The position numbers were made by a program, and so were the translations under genes. The notes beneath the pieces are model-generated. The model worked only from the letters and a program-made list of their open reading frames with translations. It searched no databases and was not told the origin of the DNA. A DNA stretch of 59,459 nucleotides, the filler included, from Sphacelaria rigidula (taxonomy: Eukaryota), in NCBI GenBank assembly GCA_964200075.2. It is 9 parts of 9 records of this genome, joined end to end, with 100 filler letters (N's around TTAATTAATTAA, not from the genome) between each part and the next. Parts side by side here need not be neighbours in the genome. Positions count along the whole stretch, not along the records: positions 6,619 to 13,136 come from CAXNAA020019588.1; positions 13,237 to 19,754 come from CAXNAA020019589.1; positions 19,855 to 26,372 come from CAXNAA020019590.1; 6 more parts are not named here. One strand, 5' to 3'. Shown here piece by piece: positions 10,401 to 20,550 of the stretch (position 1 is the first letter of the stretch; every line of letters begins with the position of its first letter).

Positions 10401-12545
10401 AAAGCGTGAAATAACCAACGCGGGGTCTCTGCTTCTGTTGCAGGCGACGCACTCAAGTCCAAGAGTGAACGGCGACGCATTCAGAGGGCTCTTCGAAAGG
10501 AAAAAGCGAAGCAAAAGATGGGCCTGTTGGAATCGTTCCGTTTCCTGTCGCAGTCGAGGTACCTAGGCTACGTGGGTCTCATCGTGGTTAGCTACGGACT
10601 GGCCATGGAGTTTACCGAGATCGTTTGGAAGGTGACATGAGATGGCTCACCGCGGTGGGTAGGGCGAGGGGGAAGAAGCTGCCACCCGTGTTCTATTTTA
10701 CAAGAAGCTTTGGATGAGACAATTTGATAGTTCAGCACGCAACACATTGACGTGTCGACACACACAACGTGACGATGATGTCACTGTACTGTTGTAGGAA
10801 AGGCTTTATCGTGACTCATTATTATTATTATTATCGTTACCATTATCATCATTCTCATCGTTATTTCAGTATTTTTTTCGCCCATTCGCTCGATGTCTCG
10901 AGCTCGTGGTCACAGACGTAGGCTAGCCTTTCCAGTACCGTCACGTATACATACGTATATATTCTGTGTGTCCACATGTGTGTGTGTGTGTGTGTGTGTG
11001 TCTTTAGGCTATCGTGAAGCTAGCATACCCGGACAAATCTGACTACATGGCGTTCATGGGCCAGTACAGCACCATCGTTGGAGCGTCGACTTTCGTGATG
11101 CTTTTGCTGGGGAAGGAGGTGATCAAGTATCTGGGCTGGGAGGTTGGAGCATTGGCTACCCCGATCATCATGACGCTGCTCGCCGTGCCGTTCTTCGGGT
11201 AAAGTCACCCTGTTATTGTTGATGGTTGTTGCCGCTGCTGCCGTTGCTGATGTTAGATTGTTGTTCAAAAGACGCTGTCGACATTTTTTCTCCTCGAGTT
11301 TTTTTTTTTTTTCGTCAAGGGAAAAGGTGGTGAGCTCTCTCTCTCTCTCTCTCTCCTCCACAAGAGTCGCGGTCAGTTTTACATATTTTCGGGGTTCGGA
11401 CGAGCCTTCGCTGGTTCAAAGCACCAAATCTACGATTTCTCGAGATAAGTGATGAAATGTAACCGCGGGTCATGAAAGCCTCTGGGCAAAGTTAGCGCTA
11501 TGCCTCGTGTCTGGGGTACAACAATGAAAACAAAGCCCAAGAGTTCTTTTGTGCGGTGCGAATCAAATACACTATAATAATCAACTAATTTTCAGATTGA
11601 TTATCATGCGTCCAAACCCTCGCACATTTTGCCTCTCTTGTTTTTCATTTTTTTTCAAGTGCCATTTTTTATTTTTGTTCAAGTTATATGCTTAGGCCGC
11701 TCCTTGCAACAGACTAAAATATAAGTCTGGAAAAGTGCCTGTTTTGGAGCTTTTCCGTCGTTTTATACCCTTCAAGAGAGCTAAGCGGAGGTTAGCACCT
11801 TGGAATGGCTCGCTCTACTGGTTGAGGCGGTTCCAGGACATTTTCCCGTTCTCCGGTAGCCGCCGTTTTATTTTGGTCAAACAAGAAATTTGTCCAAGAA
11901 CGGTCAAAACCAGTCAAATCTAGAAAAAATCGCCATTTTTGTCTGCACTCGACCGTTCTTGGACAAGAAAAAATCTTGTTTGGCCGAAATAAATACGGCG
12001 GCTACCCGAGAACGGGAAGATATCTTGAAACCGCCTCAACCAGTACAGCAAGTCATTCCAAGGTGTCAAACTCCGCCTAGCTCTTTTTTGGGGCGTTAAA
12101 CGACGTGGAAGCTCTCTAAAGACCCTTCCAACTTCATTTTTTTGTTCCTTACAAGGAGCGGTCTTACAACCAACCCTCTTTCCCTTCCTTGAGGCGAGTT
12201 TTTGTGTTATAAGAGATGTGAGCCCATCTTTCCCCCGGCTTATACATGCATTCCTGACGTTTTGGTGTCGTCCATTGGATCATGACCATTAGCACTCCCA
12301 CACCTCGTCAACCTTGATATTTTTTTATTTTGCTTCACGCAATGATCATCATGATCATGACACTGTCAAATCAACGTTTTTGATTCAGGTATATCACGCT
12401 GGGTGATATCCAGCAGTCTAAGCAGACGCTGATGATGGCGGTGTGGGTGGGCATGTTCCAGAACGTGCTGAGCAAGGCCGCCAAGTACGCCTTGTTCGAT
12501 CCCACGAAGGAAATGACGTACATCCCGCTTGACAAGGAGTCCAAG
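7495..12545 (+). CDS. NTT: Plastid-type nucleotide transporter, ATP/ADP carrier (NTT/TLC family), partial, 5 internal exons
   Basis: Exons 7495-7686, 9322-9412, 10444-10631, 11008-11198 and 12389-12545 are all AG/GT-flanked and phase-consistent. The peptide contains [10 protein letters not shown]...[27 protein letters not shown]...[23 protein letters not shown] and [29 protein letters not shown], which are diagnostic TLC-family motifs. Both termini lie outside the scaffold. Confidence 0.93.
11695..12163. mobile_element. Foldback MITE, PIF/Harbinger-like, in an NTT intron
   Basis: TTA|GGCCGCTCCTTG ... CAAGGAGCGGTC|TTA (3-bp TTA target-site duplication). The arms of ~210 bp are imperfect inverted repeats, e.g. 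CTGGTTGAGGCGGTT/AACCGCCTCAACCAG and TTGTCCAAGAACGGTC/GACCGTTCTTGGACAA. Confidence 0.8.
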
Positions 12546-13236
12546 GTGATTGTTGATGAGTGCTCGATGGGGAGAAACGATGGAAAACCAGAACCAAAAT
12601 CACATGAGGAACAGGAACACAAAATGCTTTCTCTTCGTGTGCGATTCTTGCGTTGTTTCTGTTTTTTTTTTAATATTGGTTCCTCAAATCATGTTATCTT
12701 ACTCCTGTCCGAAAAAAACGAAATAACCAACATCCCCCCACAACCAACCAACCGATACTACTCCCTTATCAAACTTGTATATTTGTGTGTATTTTCTCCG
12801 GGTACTCTAGTGTGCTGTACTAGTTTCGAATCTGTGGGTGTGTGTTTCCTTGTTATGCGCATGGATAAACAGTCTTGTCTGTACGGCAAGATTTGTTCCG
12901 AGTACAAAAGTTTTGGCGATCACGGTGCTGTTGTTGAATTAATTTTTTCATCCATCCCTTCTGTGTTTTCGTTGTACTACTGGTTTCTTGCTTCCAGTTT
13001 CCAGTTTCCAGTTTCCCGTTTCTCGTTTCTCGTTTTTTTTTTTTTTTTTTTTTTTTGTTTTTTTTTTTTTTTATTTTTTTTTTTTGTTTCGATTCTTTTT
13101 TTTTTTTTTTTTTTTTTTTCTGATTTTGTTTTCTTTNNNNNNNNNNNNNNNNNNNNNNNNNNNNNNNNNNNNNNNNNNNNTTAATTAATTAANNNNNNNN
13201 NNNNNNNNNNNNNNNNNNNNNNNNNNNNNNNNNNNN

Positions 13237-13847
13237 ATTCAAGTTCGTGCGCAAGATTCTCAAACTGGGATAGAGGAAATACCGAGGTATTCCCAGGGTT
13301 GCTCACCCATGATTAGTGCTGATTCAAGATCAAACCTCAGCAAGCATTCTGATACAGTATATTGGAGAAAGCATTTGGATCAGAACCAAATGGCACCAAA
13401 CTAGGGTAGAATGAATATTGGGGTATTGTTGATGGGTATTCGGATTGTACCGTAAAATTGCTGCACGGCGCCAGCATATCGAAGGCGTTGCGAGGTATCG
13501 AGGATGTACTGCCGTGGGGTGGGGGCCCATACATTCAACATAGTGTGTGAAGTGACGTCACGAAGTCGCCGACGGTCACGGATCCTCATCATACCCAAGT
13601 GATACACTATTCTCAAATACAGATCTCTGTATTACTGAGAGTGTTTACTCAAAAATTCAGAGGAGTATTGGAGGTCGTACTCGATCCACTCAAAATTTGA
13701 GTTGAATATTCGAGGCCACACTCGACCTACTCAAAATTTGAGTAGAGTATTTGAGGTCATACTCGACCTACTCAAACTTGGAGTAGAGTAAATACTCAAG
13801 TATTTTACTTGAGTACTCTAAAGTACATACTCTACTCGTCCTGCCCT
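13237..13847 (-). mobile_element. Non-autonomous DNA-transposon end with ~41-bp subterminal tandem repeats
   Basis: Three copies of ACTCGACCTACTCAAAATTTGAGTAGAGTATTTGAGGTCAT-like units at ~13670-13790, ending in TACTCTACTCGTCCTGCCCT. Confidence 0.5.
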
Positions 13848-13849
13848 TG

Positions 13850-14091
13850 CATTCCTTCACCTACTGGTAGCTACTGAAAAGTTCTACATGCCATACACAT
13901 TTTGATTTCGATAACCGATATGTTGGGGTCCTAGGTGAAAAACCAATGTGAGGGAATTTCGGCAATCCGATCGGATCACAAAGATTCCCCGAATTTGTTT
14001 TTTCATACAGGGCCGCAACATTTCGGTTATCGACATGCAAACTTCTTTGACGTGTAGCGCATCTCAATAGCCACCAGCAGGTGAAGGAATG
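13850..14091. mobile_element. MITE with ~24-bp terminal inverted repeats
   Basis: CATTCCTTCACCTACTGGTAGCTA ... TAGCCACCAGCAGGTGAAGGAATG (2 mismatches). Confidence 0.65.
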
Positions 14092-16483
14092 GAACCATAT
14101 TCCGAAGCTTTGGTGTGGATACGAAGATTTTAATCCTCCGGGTTGTCATCGTCAATCAAAAGCTCCATCCTCAATTTCGATGATCGGCTGTTGTTAGTGA
14201 AAGGGTTCATGCTCGATGTTGAGGATCAGCTCTTGATCGCGTTTATGACTCTTGCATCGCCGTCGGTCGTGTAAATGTTCGTTTCTTGCCTTCTTCTGTG
14301 GGCTGTTTGGGTTATGGGTATATTGGTGGTATGCTCCTTGCACTCTGTAACTACGGGTTCGAGAGATCGAGCTAATGTGATGGGTATAATAAAAAAAATA
14401 GTAATAATGGTTGCAAGTTGGAAATAAGCTCGCGACCTTTCCCAGAAAAAAACAAAAAATTGATGTTCCGCGAGTCGTCACTACAGGAAGATCCGGGAAT
14501 TTCAGCTGCATCTTTGATAGAGATTCATCTTGGTTTATTCAAGAAACCTGCCATTTGGCAGGATTCTTCAATGAACCAGAATGGTTTCTCACTGTTCGTT
14601 GGGGCCTACGAGTACGATTCGGGGCATCGCAACTAAAGTGGTGACTTACCGTCTATACAGCCAAGGCTCCGCTGCGTTGGTGACTTCGGGTACGAGAGTG
14701 AAAATGATTGTCGTGCTTCCCATAATAGGCTCGATTCTGTGTTAGGGAAGAATCAATGTTTTGTGCAGAAGCGGGAAGAATTTTCCCAGACGTTTATAGT
14801 GATTGCAGTATCTAGAAGCCATTTCAGAACACATTGACATGCAAGATTAAGATTGCCTGTGTGATGAACCCAGTGAGTCAGTTCAGTATGGGAGAAGCAG
14901 TAAGGTACAAGGGCAAGTGCATCCACGATGAAGTGACAATAATGGTGTCTGGGTTGAAGTCGAGGTTTATGAGATCCGGGAGACAGGTGTGGTACGACCA
15001 TCACTTGGTGACAACATCGCGAATCGATGTTGTCAGCACTTTTCTACTCTATCTCAGCCCGCTGCCGACACGAACACAGGGCAACAGTGAGACGGACACA
15101 GCTGAACACTACTGTTTCGAGAACTCTTCCCCTGAGATTCCTACGCCGTCTTTGAGGTCACTGACTCTGGGTTAAATTGAACGACTTTTGGACAACGTGG
15201 GCAGCCGCGTCGATCGGACCGAGACTAAACTGCACGATACCAATGCAGGTGTAGAAAGCTTGGCGATGCAGTGATGCAGCTCGCAAACATTGCGGCAGTT
15301 CGTCTGGTGAAGGACGCGTTGAACCGAGGAGTGTTGAACCGGCTGGCCTCCCGGCGCTGGCTCTATTACACCAGCGGCTACAGCAGGTCGCATGTATCTC
15401 ATGATGTGGCACCGGCGTAGCTCCGCCGTCCGGCCGTGGTGCCGCCAGGCAGGCCGGCTGCACGACAAGACTAGCCTGGCGTGCGAGCCGGGCGCTAACG
15501 CGGCACGACGAATTTTCAGGTCCAGGACGACAGGGCGAATTTGCAGGAGCTGATTGGGATGATAATGGACACTGCAAGTCCAGTTCGATTGGGATGATAA
15601 TGGACACAGGTGCTGTCTGTACGGCTGACACGAGCACGAGGTGACAGTTGGTTTTGGCGGGTGGTGACCGATCAGGATCAAGATCAACCCCTCGCTGCAA
15701 ATCTCCCCGCTACGCGGGAGGAATGATGAATGCAGCACTCCTTCCCCGTGGCCTAGAAGCGGGGGGGGAAAGACTTTGATTCGCAAGAATTGGGCTGATG
15801 CTGATTGCGTTTTGTCTGGAGGCGTTGAGCTGCTTTGCTCCGCCGGTCACCGAGGGGAAATAAGGGGTCAAGTATATGTAGTGAGTGTCTAGTTTGGTTT
15901 GATGACGTAGGCACTACTGTAGTATGGATTGCTGACTTTGAATTTTGATATTTGATTCTTGTACTGTACGCAGCTAACTGACTGTGAAGTGGATTTTGCA
16001 ACATGTGATCCGAGTTTTCAAAGTTGTCAACTGCACTGTGTTGTCTGGGTTCATATATGTTACCTAGGAGCTTGGTCTCGCGTGCGTAGTGCAGGTTAGC
16101 CGAATGCTAAGTACGACCACCCACGCTATTGTAAGGTGCATGGGCCAGTACAGTTGAAGAATTTGACTTGCGTTTCGCTTGGATTGACCATCAGGAGCTA
16201 CAGTGTGATGAAACACACAGCTCATCCACACCTGTTTTTTTTGTCTTGGTGTGAAACGAAGTGTACCGATGTATTTGATTCTTGGCTGGTCCCATAGTCG
16301 TTGAAAGAAGTGACGAGTTTCGGGATTTGCGGTTGTTTTACGGTTGCTGATGAAATTCATTTCTTGAGAGGATACACCTGTTGAATGCGCCGTGAGCGGA
16401 AGAGTTATTTTTCCGGTGGGTAGTTCTGTTCACTAAGTATGGTCAATGAACCTTACTTTTGACACCCGCGGTCAATGGGGGGG

Positions 16484-16899
16484 TGTCCGTAGGATTGCCT
16501 GGGGTGGTCAGTAAGATACACCTAGTCAGGGTAAGGTACAAAAGTCTAGTGATATGCCTGTTTTGAGTTCCGGGCACTTTGCAGGATGACTTTATATTGT
16601 GATGTTGGCGACTAGACATACGTGAGTGGTGCTTGTCACATGTTGAGACTTTGGCGCCTACTGGGCCCACTCCCCTTCCTTCCCTCTTCATCAACAAAGC
16701 TTTATATACATTTCGACCTCATCTTGATCGGCAGTCAGCCGTGTCCATTGATCAACTATCGCAGCCGTGTCCATTGATCGACTATCGCAGTCGTGTCCAT
16801 TGATCGACTATCTGAGTCGAGTCTGTACCCCATCCTCTCACGGGGTCACGAAGCTACAAACACTCAAACAGCCACTACACGCCCGTTGCGCCAGCGACA
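16484..16899 (+). mobile_element. Candidate LTR (TGTC...GACA) preceded by a G-rich purine tract
   Basis: AATGGGGGGG|TGTCCG...GCGACA, with an internal TATA-like TTTATATA and three 24-bp tandem units (GCCGTGTCCATTGATCRACTATCG) at ~16738-16812. No partner LTR is in the scaffold. Confidence 0.35.
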
Positions 16900-17842
16900 G
16901 GGCTATTGGTTGATGCGTCGGCGATCGCTAATTCCTGTCGGGTATTTATCTCTTCAAGTATACATAAATTGACGAGTACGAGGCGACTCGACACTTTTGT
17001 TTATGGTGCTGGCAGCACTGCATGCTGTTTTACTGTGTTATTGGAGTACGGGCTCTGTGTGCGAAACGTAGGAGGGGTGGTGTGGAAAGAGCTCCGGTGT
17101 TTCGACAGTAGCGCAAGAGTTTACAGTAAAGGTATGGAGTGTTTGACATCTGTCGCGGGCAACGAGGGTCATCGCTCGGCAATGTGAGAAATTTCCGGGG
17201 GAACTCCGCCTCGGAAATAATAATATCGGAGGGGCGACCGAGGTGTCGTTAATGAGACCAGTACAGACGGGGATCCCATGCCATGATCAGTAACACTGTC
17301 AGCTCCCCCTTGGAAGTACTTTGGTGATCACAGCAGCCTGTAAAGGAACTAAGCGCAGGCTCGATCGCGTTCCCCATCTCTAAGTTGGTGTCGAGTCGCA
17401 GGGCAAGATGCGCATGGCGCAAAAATTATGCCGCGGAAGGCGTTACGACGGCGGCACGGCAAAATCGCAAGGAAGATCTTTATCCTACCGCTTGTGGGCG
17501 ACACGGCTCCTGAAATGCCTCTCGCATATATACCTCATGTTCGCGCCGCGCCGCGGTCTGCGCACTCTTTGAAATATATTTTCTGCAGCGATCCTTCCAC
17601 TTGGCGGACCTCAGCCAAGTACGTGGAAATCACCTCAGCTGTCATCATTGACATTGTGCTGAAAACTCCTCCCCTCTTTGAGATACCTCCATCGCTGGCG
17701 AGCGCTGTATTGACCCTGTATACGGGAACTCGTCTTTGGGGAAGGAACGACGCGCTTCATCACGGTTATAGTCCAAGATACGTCGGAGTGAAGAGTCCGA
17801 AACGCTCGCACGGTAGCGACACGTGATTGACTTGTGTTTCCG

Positions 17843-18700
17843 TTAACCCTTACACCCCGATTTTACAACAGCGGCAGGAAGAGGTTCCACCACACCCGCA
17901 CCTTCTCCTGTGCCATATTCCTTCGAGGCCCTTAGGGCTGAAAAGGCTTCTACTGATCTTAAATTAAAAAAATTGTCCTATCCTATCCGTCCGGACACAC
18001 CATTACGAAGCTCCGAACCGTAGCTTATATTTTCATCCTTAGACACTGTGACGGGAATCTTGATATCCGACAGCTTATAAGCCTCAAGGGGAGTTCCAAT
18101 TTCACAAAGTCAATTCGGTTCCTGCTGTGGGTAAAAATTCGACTTGGCGGTTTTTTGCGACTCCGTTTTTGCGATCTGATTTTCGCGACCCGATTCTTGC
18201 GATAGTTTATTTTGCTAGACTTTTCCACTCTTAAACCCCCACCGATTTCGGTTTGTGGAGATAACTTCGTCAAATAGACATCAAACGCATCCTGCTCCAA
18301 GGGGCACCTGCCTCCCTAGTATCATCCTTCAAATCAAAGTCTTGAGTGAGGATCCCCAGTGTTTGGTGCCCATGTACAAGGGAGGATGATCTTCGTCTCG
18401 TGTCATGCTCCAAAACGTTCCTGACAAGGAGGCAACACCCCCCTACAGACAGCAGCAATATTAGCGGATCCAACGCCCTGACAGTCTGTGACAGTTTGGC
18501 AGCCGGAAGGTGGTTATGGTAGTGTCCTTCTAGCGATGTCAACTTAAAGTGAACAGGAGAAGAGTTTGCAGGTGAATTTTTCGGCGATTGCCTCACCTGC
18601 AGTTCGCCCAGATGTTGCGGATTTTTTCTCGATATCACATAAATGTACAGGTGGAAACATACCAGACCCTCCATTACATCATAAGTCGAGATGTACCAGA
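17843..18700 (-). mobile_element. piggyBac-like relic (terminus plus decayed C-terminal Cys-rich region)
   Basis: TTAA|CCCTTACACCCC terminus at 17843. Minus-strand frameshifted peptide GHYHNHLPAAK...YCCC...TFWSM..EDHPPLYMG..HW resembles a degenerate piggyBac C-terminal Cys/His domain. A possible opposite TIR GGGGTTGAAGGG lies at ~19718-19729. Confidence 0.4.
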
Positions 18701-18792
18701 CCCTGATTTATTTATGGAAATGTACCCGACCGTGGACAGAAGATTTCTACTGTCAAAACGAACAAGTTGTTGAAAGTGCACTGCGCAAAGTC

Positions 18793-18868
18793 AGTGTGTG
18801 GTCGTCCCATCTATTCTGGACGCCGGTCTCCACTTTTCGGTATATATATGTGGGCGCACCAGCCGCGA
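18793..18868 (-). mobile_element. SINE family A, 3' tail fragment
   Basis: GTGTGTGGTCGTCCCATCTATTCTGGACGCCG...GTGGGCGCACCAGCCG matches 45940-46005. Confidence 0.6.
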
Positions 18869-19270
18869 CTGTGTTACCATACAGCTTTGCACAAGATACA
18901 GGCTGCCATTACAGTGGCGGAGGCGGCCTTTTACTCTTGCGTGCGCCACCTGGGGCAAACGCACGCTATAGCTGCAACATGGACATTTTCACAAAATGTG
19001 ACGTAGCAAAATAGCGCGTACCGACGCGTGATATCCTGCGAACACGTCGGCCGCGATACAACCGGCTGCGCTGATGATGTGGCGAACTGCATAGGACAAC
19101 GCGAAATCAATGTAGGATAGGAATAGACTAAGAGTTTGACGTCCTGCGGTGTGCTTTGTCACCCTGCACCCCACCGCTGTGCAGTGGGCAGGTAGTACCG
19201 CCGAACACGTCACGCTGCGGTTCGTATACAGTGTCGGCTCAGCACCCATAGGGTATAACCTCTGCACAGG

Positions 19271-19666
19271 CACCGTGGGTAAGGTACCGTACCGAGCGTA
19301 CCCCCGGTATTTACCGGGGTATCTCATACCGTGGTATGCGTAGGTATCGTAGGTATAGCATTTCAAAATACCGGATGGGGCGGGTACGGTAGGTATTGAA
19401 ATATCGAAATACCCTGGTATCGTAGGTATCGTAGGTATGAGTTTCGAAAATACCGGATTGGGCAGGTACGGTAGGTATTGAAATCTCAAAATAATACCCT
19501 GTTATCGTCGGTGTCGTAGGTATGACATTTCAAGGTACTCGATTGGGCGGGTACGGTAGGTATTGAAATCTCGAAATACCCTGGTACCGTAGGTATCGCA
19601 GGTATGACATTTCAAAATACCGGATTTGGCAGGTACGGTAGGTCTTGAAATCTCGAAATACCCTGA
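19271..19666 (+). repeat. Transposon-end-like tandem array, 4 x ~80 bp
   Basis: Starts CACCGTGGGTAAGGTACC, then repeats the unit GTAGGTATCGTAGGTATGACATTTCAAAATACCGGATTGGGCGGGTACGGTAGGTATTGAAATCTCGAAATACCCTG about four times, head to tail with no unique spacers. Confidence 0.8.
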
Positions 19667-19854
19667 TTTTTCACGTATCAACAGCCGATTTTATATTTTG
19701 GGGTTCATACAAAATATGGGGTTGAAGGGGCATTTCTCTCTTGCACGGAAGACCNNNNNNNNNNNNNNNNNNNNNNNNNNNNNNNNNNNNNNNNNNNNTT
19801 AATTAATTAANNNNNNNNNNNNNNNNNNNNNNNNNNNNNNNNNNNNNNNNNNNN

Positions 19855-19955
19855 ATCTTGCATTTGGATGACAGCCAACAATGAATTGCATTATTCTGTG
19901 GCATGGCCACTTCCAGAGACAGCCACGGCTTGTACGCTGCCTCATGGGTGTCTGA
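19855..19955 (+). repeat. Dispersed repeat shared with 7160-7258 (-)
   Basis: ATCTTGCATTTGGATGACAGC...CCACTTCC.GAGACAG.CACGGCTT.....GCCTCAT.GGTGTCT is present in both places. Confidence 0.65.
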
Positions 19956-20550
19956 CCGATGATTGGGAGGGGGCGAGGGCGGGGAATCACTCCGACAAAG
20001 GGTGTGAACAGCCAACGGTATTGCAAGGGGTCGTGTCGAAAAATACGGCTTTTGAGCAGACTGCACAGGACGCACAACATGATCGAGAATTAAACTCAAT
20101 GGATGCGCAGATCACGTATCGTTTTTCTCAATATTGTCATATTCCACCAAATGGGTGACCATGATTGCGTGAATAAAAATGCTTTGTACCTCTATATGTA
20201 CAGTGTGGAGATCTCTGGATGTAGTGGTATGACACATGTAACGTGGCTATACCGTAACAGTTCCACACTTATTTTCCGAGTGTTTTTCGTTTCATTGAAC
20301 ACGCGAATTCCAGAGCAGTTCCGACGGTGTATGCATCCCATGCACTCGCCGACCAATCAATTTATAATCCTCCTCTCCGTTCGACACACACAGAAGTTAC
20401 ATAAGAGTGACAACCGAATGGTGATACCGTGATAATCTCTTCAAAGTACAACAAACAACGTGGGACGTTAGTGACAATATCCCGTCCATCCATCCGCACG
20501 ATCCCTGTCGGCATTTATCGTACTGTGCCTTGAGTCACAAGAGTGCACAC

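Noticed and set aside
12432..13184. 250-aa ORF
   Set aside because: Only 12389-12545 is an NTT exon. The rest is intron read-through into a poly(T) tract.
13670..13790. ~41-bp array as a CRISPR candidate
   Set aside because: It is a head-to-tail tandem repeat next to a transposon-like end, with no spacers.
17000..17830. Possible decayed transposase on the minus strand
   Set aside because: All minus frames contain stops and no diagnostic motif was recognised.
19340..19666. Regular ~80-bp array as a CRISPR candidate
   Set aside because: The units are contiguous tandem copies with no unique spacers, there are no cas genes, and the context is eukaryotic.
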